The notes below the pieces were generated by a model, which was not told the DNA's origin, did not search any database, and saw only the letters and a list, made by a program, of their open reading frames with translations. A program made the translations under genes and the position numbers. Positions 38,961-47,974 of a stretch of 64,000 nt of DNA are shown here, one piece after another; within the stretch, counting starts at the first letter, position 1, and each line of letters opens with the position of its first letter. Origin of the DNA: Lentisphaeria bacterium (GTDB lineage: Bacteria > Verrucomicrobiota > Lentisphaeria > JABSQK01 > JAWLHB01); NCBI GenBank assembly GCA_041690595.1, contig JAWLHB010000015.1, positions 1 to 64,000 of the forward strand. The letters run 5' to 3'.

Positions 38961-39596
38961 ATGGCCAACTTGTCAGAACTGTACGAAGCAATTCTCAAAG
39001 GCGATCGTGACACCGCGGTGTCCGTGACCAACCAGGCAGTCAAGGATGGGGCGGATCCCCAGGACATCGTCACCAAGTACATGATCCCCGCGATGGACGA
39101 AGTGGGCAAGCGTTTCGAGTGCAACGAGTACTTCGTGCCGGAACTGCTGATCGCGGCCCGCGCCATGAAGGCCTGTCTCGAGATCGTCAAGCCCCTGCTC
39201 GTGCAGGCTGGCGCCGAATCCATCGGCCGCGTCGCCATCGGCACCGTCAAGGGTGACCTTCACGATATTGGCAAGAACCTCGTCGCTGCCATGCTCGAAG
39301 GCGGCGGTTTCGACATCATCGACCTCGGCGTCGATGTTTCCCCGGAACGCTTTGCCGAAGCTGTCACCGACAAGGGCGCCAACATCGTCTGCCTCTCCGC
39401 GCTCCTGACCACGACGATGCCCTCCATGAAGAGCACCATCGAAGCCCTCAAGGAAGCCGGTGTGCGCGACAAGGTCAAGGTCCTGATCGGCGGCGCCCCC
39501 GTGACGCAGCAGTACGCGGACGAGATCGGCGCGGACGGTTATGGCGAAAACGCCGCCTCCGCCGTCAATCTGGCCCGCAGGCTCTGCAAGGGCTGA
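38961..39596 (+). CDS. Methyltransferase cognate corrinoid protein (MtbC/MtvC-like)
   Basis: B12-binding GDLHDIGKN (DxHxxG), SALLTTTM and GGAPV motifs, with an N-terminal four-helix cap (FVPELLIAA). Confidence 0.95.
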   Translation: MANLSELYEAILKGDRDTAVSVTNQAVKDGADPQDIVTKYMIPAMDEVGKRFECNEYFVPELLIAARAMKACLEIVKPLLVQAGAESIGRVAIGTVKGDLHDIGKNLVAAMLEGGGFDIIDLGVDVSPERFAEAVTDKGANIVCLSALLTTTMPSMKSTIEALKEAGVRDKVKVLIGGAPVTQQYADEIGADGYGENAASAVNLARRLCKG

Positions 39597-39754
39597 GCCA
39601 GCGGTCGACAGCCGGTTGACAAGATCGGCTCTTGAAACTCGCGCGCGCGGCGCCCCTGCCCGGCCGCCGCGCTTGTCTGTTGATCCTGCCTGAGCGATCA
39701 GGCTCACCAAGCGGTGTTCCCTCTTATGTCGGGAACACACGGAGTCCGCGAGTC

Positions 39755-41263
39755 ATGGAAGAGAGAGTTACCTTGCGCCTGATGCCCGCCGGTATACGTA
39801 GTGATGTTCCCCCCGGTACCCCACTGCGTGACCTTCTCTACCGCTATGGAATCGAATTTCCCTGTGGTGGCCGCGGCAAATGCGCCGGTTGCAAGGTAAA
39901 GCTGATCGATGGCCATCTGGCTGCCGCCAGCGGGCCGAACTACCGCTTGAGCGATGACGAAATAGCGGCCGGCTGGCGCCTGGCCTGCAAGCATGACATC
40001 GAGGGCGACCTCACCCTCGAAGTGCAGCAGTGGGAAAGCGTGATCCTCACGGACAATACACGCTTCGACTTCGTCCCGCGTGACGGATACGGCATCGCCA
40101 TCGACTTGGGCACCACCACCTTGGCCGCGCAGCTCCTCGACCTGCGGACTGGCCATGTTCTGGGCGTGCGGACCGCCAAGAACCCGCAGGGACAGTTTGG
40201 CGCGGACATCATGAGCCGCATCACTTTCGCGCTCGAGAATGGCGGCCATGCCAAGCTTCAGGCGCTCATCCGCGATCAACTCGCCGAGTTGATCCGGCAG
40301 TTGATCGATGAGTCCCGGATCCCGGATCTGCGGCTCAGCCGCGTCGTCCTCGTCGGCAATACCCCGATGCAACATCTTTTCTGCGGCTTCGACGCCACGC
40401 CGCTTGCCTTCTATCCCTATCATTCGCAGCATGACGACGCCGTCACCAACCCCGCCGACGCGCTTGGCTGGGATCTTCCCGGCAATCCGAGCGTGACGCT
40501 CCTCGCCAATCTGGGCGGCTTCGTGGGCAGTGACATTCTTGCCGGGGTGATTGCGACCCGTCTGCACGATCGCGACAAGCTCCTCGTCTTTGTCGATCTC
40601 GGCACCAACGGCGAGATGGTGGTAGGCAATCGGCACGAGCTGATCTGCGCCTCCGCCGCGGCGGGCCCTGCCTTCGAGGCCGCACGCATCGCCATGGGGA
40701 TGCAGGCCACCACCGGCGCCATCAGCGAAGCGGTCGTCAAGGATGGCGTCATTCACTGCTCCGTGATCGGTGGCGGTCCAGCCAAGGGCATCTGCGGGAG
40801 CGGCCTGGTCGACGCCGCGGCAGCCGCCCTGGAGCTTGGGCTCATCGACAGTCGCGGCCGGTTGAATCAAGGCGAAGGCGACTTGCCGCTGCTTGGCCCG
40901 GTCAGCCTCACGCAAGGTGACGTGCGCGAGCTGCAACTCGCGAAAGGCGCGGTCGCTGCCGGCATTCGCATTCTGCTCAAGCAGCTTGGCAAGACGCTGA
41001 ACGATGTGGAAGAGGTGCTGATTGCCGGCGCCTTCGGCAACTACATCCGTCTGGCCAGCGCGCAGCGCATCGGCCTGCTCAAGTTTCCGCTGTTCAAGAT
41101 GATGCCTGTCGGCAACACCGCCCTGCTTGGCGCCAAGCTCGCCCTCTTTATGGACGACGCACAGTTGGCCGAGTTGGAGAGCATCCGCGGCAGGATCCGC
41201 CACATCTCACTCAGCAGTGATCCGGATTTCCAGGATATCTACGTAGATGAAATGATGTTCTAA
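39755..41263 (+). CDS. ATP-dependent reductive activator of corrinoid proteins (RACo-type; 2Fe-2S plus ASKHA)
   Basis: CGGRGKCAGC...RLAC ferredoxin, DLGTTT, GADIMSRI, GGFVGSD, DLGTNGE, AGPAFE, GICGSG and AGAFG motifs. Start MEER at 39755. Confidence 0.92.
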   Translation: MEERVTLRLMPAGIRSDVPPGTPLRDLLYRYGIEFPCGGRGKCAGCKVKLIDGHLAAASGPNYRLSDDEIAAGWRLACKHDIEGDLTLEVQQWESVILTDNTRFDFVPRDGYGIAIDLGTTTLAAQLLDLRTGHVLGVRTAKNPQGQFGADIMSRITFALENGGHAKLQALIRDQLAELIRQLIDESRIPDLRLSRVVLVGNTPMQHLFCGFDATPLAFYPYHSQHDDAVTNPADALGWDLPGNPSVTLLANLGGFVGSDILAGVIATRLHDRDKLLVFVDLGTNGEMVVGNRHELICASAAAGPAFEAARIAMGMQATTGAISEAVVKDGVIHCSVIGGGPAKGICGSGLVDAAAAALELGLIDSRGRLNQGEGDLPLLGPVSLTQGDVRELQLAKGAVAAGIRILLKQLGKTLNDVEEVLIAGAFGNYIRLASAQRIGLLKFPLFKMMPVGNTALLGAKLALFMDDAQLAELESIRGRIRHISLSSDPDFQDIYVDEMMF

Positions 41264-41277
41264 AGTGGGGGTGCGGG

Positions 41278-42363
41278 ATGGGAAACTGGCAGCGGTTCGA
41301 ACTGGAGCTGAAGGCCGATGCGCCTGAGGCCGTCGAGCGGATGGAAGCCTGGTGGCAGGGGGCCATTCTCGATCGTCCAACCGTTCAGATCACGGCACCG
41401 TGCGTGCAGCGGCCGGCACTCCCCGAAAGCTCCCATACCAGCCACGCCGAACGCTGGTGCGACGTCGACTACGTTCTGCGTCGTGCCGAAGCGCAGATGC
41501 GTGGCACCTGGTTCGGCGGCGAATCCATGCCCATCTTCAACCCGAATCTGGGGCCGGAAATCCTGACCGCCGCTTTTGGCGCGCCCCTGGAATTCAGCGC
41601 CGACACCTCTTGGTCGGTGCCCATTCTGCATGACTGGAGCGATATCGATTCTCTCCGCCTCGACCCTGAAAATCCGCACGTGCGGACCATCCTCGAGCTG
41701 ACCCGCGAATCCCTGCGGCGCGGCCGGGGAAAATGGCTCACGGGGCTGACCGACCTCCACCCCGGCGGCGACCTGGTTGCATCCCTGCGCGACCCTCAGC
41801 AGCTCTGCGTTGACCTGATCAACGAGCCGGAGCAGGTGCATCGCCTGATCGCTCACGTACAATCGAGCTTCTTCGACTTCTACACGTTACAGGAGGAGCT
41901 GATTCGCGCTGCCGGGCAAACCGTCACCACGGCCTGGCTGAACCTCTTCGCCGAGGGGCGCTACTACATTCCCTCCAACGACTTCTCCTGTATGGTCTCC
42001 ACTCCCATGTTCCGCGAATTCTTTCTGCCGGAGCTGATCGAGGAGACCGAGTGGCTCGACTACTCCATCTATCATCTGGACGGGCCGCAGGCGCTGCGTC
42101 ACCTCGACACTCTCCTCGACATGCCCCATCTGGATGCGATCCAGTATGTCTACGGTGCCGGAGCCGGACCGGCTTCCCGCTGGCTCGATGTCTACCAGCG
42201 CATTCAGCAGGCGGGCAAGAAGCTGCACATCTCCATAGGACTGGATGAACTGGAGACCTTCATGGAAGGGCTGCGCCCGGAAGGGGTCATGCTGCAGTTC
42301 GGTGCCCCCAGCGTCGAAGCCGGCCAGGCCGCCATCGAGCGCATCAAGCGCTGGACCCGCTGA
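41278..42363 (+). CDS. URO-D-fold cobalamin-dependent methyltransferase (substrate-specific MT1, O-demethylase-like)
   Basis: NLGP, TDLHPGGD..ASLR, NDFSCMVSTPMFREFFLP and YHLDGP.ALRHLD motifs. Co-located with the corrinoid protein and activator. Confidence 0.75.
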   Translation: MGNWQRFELELKADAPEAVERMEAWWQGAILDRPTVQITAPCVQRPALPESSHTSHAERWCDVDYVLRRAEAQMRGTWFGGESMPIFNPNLGPEILTAAFGAPLEFSADTSWSVPILHDWSDIDSLRLDPENPHVRTILELTRESLRRGRGKWLTGLTDLHPGGDLVASLRDPQQLCVDLINEPEQVHRLIAHVQSSFFDFYTLQEELIRAAGQTVTTAWLNLFAEGRYYIPSNDFSCMVSTPMFREFFLPELIEETEWLDYSIYHLDGPQALRHLDTLLDMPHLDAIQYVYGAGAGPASRWLDVYQRIQQAGKKLHISIGLDELETFMEGLRPEGVMLQFGAPSVEAGQAAIERIKRWTR

Positions 42364-42449
42364 CGGAAAGTTGCTCCTTCGCCTATCGAAAGCGCCAGAG
42401 TCGTGCCATCTTTCCAGCATCTTTCATCCCTTGACACAGCAGGTTCAGC

Positions 42450-44486
42450 ATGACGCATTCATTGGCAATGGCAGGCGACGGTATCGACATCATCATTCCA
42501 CTCGTCATCAAGAGCGATCCCGCCGCGATGGACGAGTCCATCCGCAGCACCATCGCTTTGCACCAGAAGGCGGGATTCGACACCTTCATGCTGACGGGGC
42601 CCACCAAGGGGTGGCGCAGCGTGGGCTATCCGCCGATAGAGCACTTCGAGCAGATTGCCGCCGACATTCTCCGCTTCAAGCAGGGGCTGCGGGGCCATGA
42701 TATCCGCCTGGGCTGGTGGAATACTCTCACTCTGAAGACCGGTCCGGGCGAGTACCAGCGAATCGTCAACATCGGCGGCGAAGCTGTCCCGACCTCGACC
42801 TGTCCCCTCGACGAAGGTTATCGCGAGCGCTTCTCGAACGATGTGGCGCTCGTTGCCAGGCTCGCGGAGCCGGTGCTGATCGTCTTTGAGGACGACTTCG
42901 GCCTCAACTGTCACCGGGGCCATGCCTGCTTCTGCGACCTGCACCTTCGTGCCTTCGCCGAGAGGGTGGGGCGTTTCTACTCCCGTGAGGAGCTGCGGCG
43001 GCTCTTCGCCGAGGATACCTCTCCCGAGGCGATACCCCTGCGCCTCGAATGGGCGGCGATGAGCCGCGACTCTCTGGCCGGGTTGGCCGCTCGCACGCGG
43101 CAGGCTGTGGATCGCGAAACGCCGTGGATGCCCATGGGATCGATGCAGCCTGGGTGCGCGGATCTCGATGGCGACACCACCGAAGCGGTCGCGCGGGCCT
43201 TTGCCGGTCCGAACCACCGCCCCTTTGTGCGCCTCTTCGGCACCTCTTACTGCAGTGACGATGCCTTCGCCCTGCCGAAGAACATCTTCCATGCGCTCTA
43301 CTTCAAGCAGCACATGTCCGAAGATGTGATCTGCTACCATGAGTCGGACACCTATCCCCATACCCGCTTCTTCATGTCCGCCGGCAAGATGCGCAGCCTC
43401 ATGGGCGCCGGGTATTCCTATGGCTTTGCCGGTTCTACCTTTCAGGCATGTCAGTATCTCGACGACATGAACGAAGAGGTTGGCTATCATGAAGCCTTCA
43501 TGCAGGAGCGAAGCCGTTTTCAGGTGGCGCGCAATCTGGCGCGGCAGTGCGAGGTCTCCGGTTGTGGGCTCCTCTTCGATCCGCTGGTTGCCTGCCGCGA
43601 TCCCAAGTACGGCTACAGCGATGCAAACCCGTGGGTTTCCACCTTCGGCCACTTCGGCATCCCCTTCACGACACTTGAATCGCCGGTCAACGCCCTTGCC
43701 GGTAACCAGGCCAAAGGGCTGACCGACGAGCAGCTCCGGGCGCTCCTGGCGAAGGGGCTGATCCTCGACGGCGAAGCGGCGGCGACCCTCTGTGAGCGCG
43801 GCTTCAGCGAGGCCATCGGTGTCAGTGTGACCGGCAAGGAAGACATCACCAAGCCGTTCAGGGATCTGGAGGGACGGGAACGCATCCGCGAGGACTTCAT
43901 TCACACCCCCACTGGCGGCCGGGAGATGATGTGGTACTCCACCTTCTCCCCTTACGGCAACGGCGAACTCTATCATCTGCGCACCAACGGTCCCGACACC
44001 GAGATCGTCACCGATGTGCTCGATTTCCGCGATCAGATCATCGGCGTCGGCATGTCTCGCTTCCAGAACGCTCTGGGCGGTCGCGTCGTCGTCATGGCCA
44101 TGTCCGTTCGCAACAACATGTCCTCCTCCCTTTTCAATTACCGCCGAGGGCGGCTCATGCAGGAGCTTGTTCTGTGGGCTGGTGCCGACGAGATCGTCTA
44201 CGTGCGCGAGCGCCCCAAGACCTTCTGCATCCTCAACCGTCCACGCCCCGACTGCGAAGACAAATCCCTGGTCGCCTTCCTCACCCTGATCAATCTCTGC
44301 TCGGATACCTTCGACTTTGTCGAGCTTTATCTTCCCCGGCCCTGGCGAGAGAGCACCATCCTCACCTGCCTGGACATCGACGGCCAGTGGCAATCCGTGC
44401 CCCACAGCTTTCAGGGCGAGACCCTGCGCATCGAACATTCGCTGCCCCTCTACCAACCCCTCTACCTCCGTCTTCGTAAAGGATAA
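42450..44486 (+). CDS. Hypothetical glycoside-hydrolase-like protein (TIM barrel plus GH42-like trimerisation/GATase-like domain)
   Basis: TCPLD, FEDDF, CFCDLH, ESDTYPH and LILDGEAA motifs. No signal peptide. Start could be a few codons downstream (MAGDG). Confidence 0.6.
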   Translation: MTHSLAMAGDGIDIIIPLVIKSDPAAMDESIRSTIALHQKAGFDTFMLTGPTKGWRSVGYPPIEHFEQIAADILRFKQGLRGHDIRLGWWNTLTLKTGPGEYQRIVNIGGEAVPTSTCPLDEGYRERFSNDVALVARLAEPVLIVFEDDFGLNCHRGHACFCDLHLRAFAERVGRFYSREELRRLFAEDTSPEAIPLRLEWAAMSRDSLAGLAARTRQAVDRETPWMPMGSMQPGCADLDGDTTEAVARAFAGPNHRPFVRLFGTSYCSDDAFALPKNIFHALYFKQHMSEDVICYHESDTYPHTRFFMSAGKMRSLMGAGYSYGFAGSTFQACQYLDDMNEEVGYHEAFMQERSRFQVARNLARQCEVSGCGLLFDPLVACRDPKYGYSDANPWVSTFGHFGIPFTTLESPVNALAGNQAKGLTDEQLRALLAKGLILDGEAAATLCERGFSEAIGVSVTGKEDITKPFRDLEGRERIREDFIHTPTGGREMMWYSTFSPYGNGELYHLRTNGPDTEIVTDVLDFRDQIIGVGMSRFQNALGGRVVVMAMSVRNNMSSSLFNYRRGRLMQELVLWAGADEIVYVRERPKTFCILNRPRPDCEDKSLVAFLTLINLCSDTFDFVELYLPRPWRESTILTCLDIDGQWQSVPHSFQGETLRIEHSLPLYQPLYLRLRKG

Positions 44487-44556
44487 TCCGCATCGTCTGT
44501 TGTGGAGAAGCAGCGGGAAGAGTATCTTGCAGCCACCTCAAGCTGGGAGCTTCGCC

Positions 44557-47031
44557 ATGACTGTTCCGTCCAACGATCTTGCTGGTATCGCTGATTCCGT
44601 CCATTCGCTTGTCTCGCCGTGGGAGACACGATGGCACCTTTTCGGCCCTATCGCCAACTCTGGAACCACCATGACCTGGCCGGGAGAGATCGGCTTCTCA
44701 CCCCTGCCCCTCGACGGTGTCACCTGCATTCCCGCGCAAGTCCAGCTCGGCGATGTGCTCTTCCACCCGCGTGAGGTGATCAGCACCGGCGGGCGTCTGG
44801 CGCTCAGCGACATCCTCCCCACCGATAGCGGCTGCCCCATCGCCTATGCGATGACAATCGTCAACCGGGAGGCAGCGGGAACCATGCCCCTCACCTTCAG
44901 CGCCTGCTGGGGCACACAGTGGTGGCTCAACGGCAAGCTGATCCATGCCACCGAGCATGGGAATCCCGGAGAGCCGGACGACTGGACCGTCAATCAGCTC
45001 GTCCTTCCCATGCGAGCCGGCGAGAATCTCCTCTGCGTCAAGGTCGTTGCCGGCCTCTACGATCAGTGGTCGATTTGTTTTGGGAGACCCGAGGCTGACG
45101 TCGAGAGCCAGGTCGAGCGGGCGCCGATGCCCGAGGCCTTGCCGGTCACCGGCGGTCCAAGACGGGACTATGCCGCGGCCGGATTGCGCATCGAGCAACG
45201 GCCGGGTCCCGTGCCGGTCGCGGAAGCGAAAAATCGCGAAGCGGTCATGGCGGCGCATGGTGTGCAGGCGCACTGGATCGGCATCGTCGACCACACGGGC
45301 AGCCCCTACGCGGAGTCGGCGGCTCTGCCTCCCGGCGAGCATGCTCGGCCCGGCAATCGCGAGCTGTTGCGCGCGCAGGTGGAGGAGATTCATGCCGCCG
45401 GCATGGCCGCCGTCACTTGGTTTCCTGGCAATCACTGCAAGAGCGCCGCTGAGCTGCACCCAGAATGGTGCACGAAGCTCTTGCACGATGCCGGTCACGG
45501 CGGCGAAGCCAATTACTGCCTCTGCATCAACTCCCCCTATGGCGAAGCGCTGACCGACTTCGTGCTCGAATCCCTCGACTACTATGGGCTCGATGGCTTC
45601 TGGTTCGACGGCACCTCCTGGTCGCACCCCGGAACCGTCGGTTGCGTCTGTTCCGCATGCGGAGCCGCCTTTCATAAAGCGACCGGTCTGGCCTTGCCCC
45701 AGGCTGTCGACTGGGAGCAGGAAGCGTTTCGGCAATGGGTGGCGTGGCGGTACCGCAGCTACATGACCTTCTGGGGCCGGCTGGCCAGTTGCGTTCGCCG
45801 GAGCTTCCCCGGGGCACGCATCGTCGTCAACCATCGTCACCGCCTCTGCCATGGTTGGGAGATGGGGATTCCCATCGACCGTTATGAAGCCGATGTCGTG
45901 GCCGGGACCGAATCGCAGCACGACCCCTTCATCAGTGCCTTTCACAGCCGACTGCAGCGCGCCTACCGGCAGCCGGAAGCTGAAGTCTGGATGGGGTTGC
46001 ACCACTATTTCGACCGCAACGAGCTCTGGCCGCCGGCCATGCAGCCTCTGCACCGCTATCTTCATCATGCCCTTGCCTCCATGACCGCGGGATGTGTCCC
46101 CTCCTTCGGCACTCCGCACGATGCCGAGCTGCTTGCGGATGGCTACGCGGTTCTCGCCGCCGCGGTCAATCCACGGCTCGACTTGACTGGTGGCGACTCG
46201 CTGGCACATGTGGGCCTTCTCCTCAGCCAGCAGAGCGAAACCTTCTACTTCAGTCGCCGCACTCCAGGCGTGTTCCCCCGCGACTACTGGTATTCCGTCC
46301 TTGGCTGGCACCACCTGCTCATGCAGAACCAGATAACGCAGGAGCTGCTCTTCGATGCCGATCTTACCGATGCGGGCCTGTCCCGCCATCCTGTCGTGAT
46401 CGCGGCTCAGGCAGTTGCCCTCAGCGATCTCCAACTGGCCATCCTGCGGCGCTATGTCGAAGCTGGCGGAATCCTGATCACCGATGGTCTGCTCGGCGCC
46501 TGCGATGACTGGGGCACGCCGGTGCCGGGGCAGCGCGCGAGCGATCTGGTGATGCCATCCGCGCTCCCCGCGCCCGATGCGTCACTGGCCAATGATGCCG
46601 GTGGCTACCGCATTTCCGAGCTGGGCAAAGGCAGGATCATCCAGCTTGCCGGCAATCCCGGCCTGGCCTTCCTGAACAACCACAGTCCGGCTCTGTCGGA
46701 GAGCCTCGGGACGCTCCTCCGTCACACGGCGTCGCCACAGCTTCTGGTGGAGGGGCCATCGCGTCTGCACGTGGCGCTCTACCGGCAGCGTGGGCGACTG
46801 TTGCTGCACCTTCACAACTTCGTGGCCTGGAGCGATGGGCTGGCCTACCCGAACCCGGCAATGAGCGCACCACCCATTGCCCGCGATGTCCTGGTGCGAT
46901 TGCGAATGCCGGTGACGACGGCTCGCGCGCTGGTGCCCGACTGTTGTAAGATCGATGCGGAGGCGTCAGCGGATGGCCTCACCATCCGCATACCGCGCCT
47001 CGACTGGGGCCTCGTCATCGAAGTGATCTGA
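44557..47031 (+). CDS. Glycoside-hydrolase-like protein (GHL6/GH42-like) with an N-terminal beta-sandwich
   Basis: Start MTVP at 44557. N-domain WLNGK..H...GENLLCVKV, then HPEW, CINSPY, DGFWFD, CVCSAC, YVEAGG.L and LLHLHN. Confidence 0.7.
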   Translation: MTVPSNDLAGIADSVHSLVSPWETRWHLFGPIANSGTTMTWPGEIGFSPLPLDGVTCIPAQVQLGDVLFHPREVISTGGRLALSDILPTDSGCPIAYAMTIVNREAAGTMPLTFSACWGTQWWLNGKLIHATEHGNPGEPDDWTVNQLVLPMRAGENLLCVKVVAGLYDQWSICFGRPEADVESQVERAPMPEALPVTGGPRRDYAAAGLRIEQRPGPVPVAEAKNREAVMAAHGVQAHWIGIVDHTGSPYAESAALPPGEHARPGNRELLRAQVEEIHAAGMAAVTWFPGNHCKSAAELHPEWCTKLLHDAGHGGEANYCLCINSPYGEALTDFVLESLDYYGLDGFWFDGTSWSHPGTVGCVCSACGAAFHKATGLALPQAVDWEQEAFRQWVAWRYRSYMTFWGRLASCVRRSFPGARIVVNHRHRLCHGWEMGIPIDRYEADVVAGTESQHDPFISAFHSRLQRAYRQPEAEVWMGLHHYFDRNELWPPAMQPLHRYLHHALASMTAGCVPSFGTPHDAELLADGYAVLAAAVNPRLDLTGGDSLAHVGLLLSQQSETFYFSRRTPGVFPRDYWYSVLGWHHLLMQNQITQELLFDADLTDAGLSRHPVVIAAQAVALSDLQLAILRRYVEAGGILITDGLLGACDDWGTPVPGQRASDLVMPSALPAPDASLANDAGGYRISELGKGRIIQLAGNPGLAFLNNHSPALSESLGTLLRHTASPQLLVEGPSRLHVALYRQRGRLLLHLHNFVAWSDGLAYPNPAMSAPPIARDVLVRLRMPVTTARALVPDCCKIDAEASADGLTIRIPRLDWGLVIEVI

Positions 47032-47224
47032 TGCCGGCCGGGCGCTGGGGGGCACTGTCCAGAGAAGCGCACACTTCTTCGCTTGCGGAGTGAATGGGCG
47101 GCGCCCGGTGGCATCAACGGCTTACAGCTGTAAAGCTGTTTGATCAAGTTGATGGCTTATTGCCAATGGCAATCTGCCCGTTATTGGGTGTTTGCAGCCT
47201 CGAATCGCCACCTGGATCACCGGT

Positions 47225-47240
47225 TGGCACAGTGCCTGCT
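47225..47240 (+). promoter_or_regulatory. Sigma54 (-24/-12) promoter
   Basis: TGGCAC-AGTGC-CTGCT (GG-N10-GC), 85 bp above ATG 47326. Confidence 0.6.
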
Positions 47241-47325
47241 ATTATAGCTATGCATCAAGGTAGCGCCGCGTCGGCGGTGTATGAAGCGCAGTACAAATCA
47301 GTAGTTACGCGAGGAGAGAGGATAT

Positions 47326-47883
47326 ATGCATCTATCACGATTGGTTCTTATGGGGCTGGTACTGGCTGGTCTGGCGGGAGTCGGCATGATAATATTCGGC
47401 GCTCAGCAGTTCAGGCCGCAACCTGGTCTGGAACAGCATGGGCCTTTTACTACCTTGCTCCACAGTGCCCGGCACGCCGATGCCGCCACGGACCTCCTCG
47501 CAAGCGCGGTGAAGGAGCTGACACTGGATTCTGTCCCGGCCGCCAGACCGTCGGTTTCCGATGATGCCACCATTTTCCTGCTCGAAGATCGCGACACGTT
47601 CCTGATCGCGGTTCGGAAGGAAATGCAGAAGCTGGAAGAGCAATTGACAGTCCTCAACGGCCGCATCGAGGACACCGACTCCGTCAACGGCTTGGCATTG
47701 GCAGAATCACGTGGCGCCGTCAACTCGCAGATATCCCGCTTGCGGCAGAAGCTCAGTCTGGCGGACAAGGTCGACGACGCAGGGTGGAAGGCGTTTGCCA
47801 AGGAACTGGATGGACTTCTGGACGGCATTCGTAAGACTATGACTACCGGGGAATTGAACAAGAGCCTGGCCAGTCGCGGATAA
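47326..47883 (+). CDS. Membrane-anchored coiled-coil hypothetical protein
   Basis: GAGGAGAGAGG RBS, N-terminal TM segment, heptad-rich C-terminal half. Confidence 0.75.
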   Translation: MHLSRLVLMGLVLAGLAGVGMIIFGAQQFRPQPGLEQHGPFTTLLHSARHADAATDLLASAVKELTLDSVPAARPSVSDDATIFLLEDRDTFLIAVRKEMQKLEEQLTVLNGRIEDTDSVNGLALAESRGAVNSQISRLRQKLSLADKVDDAGWKAFAKELDGLLDGIRKTMTTGELNKSLASRG

Positions 47884-47974
47884 TATGAAGCCCGGCCGGA
47901 GTCGGCACGGGATTACATACGGAGTACGGCTGTTGTCGTGGAACAACGGCCGAAACCTCACCAGAAGCCCGGCC

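Noticed and set aside
41278..42363. True uroporphyrinogen decarboxylase (hemE)
   Set aside because: It lacks the N-terminal RQAGR motif, and its context is corrinoid methyl transfer.
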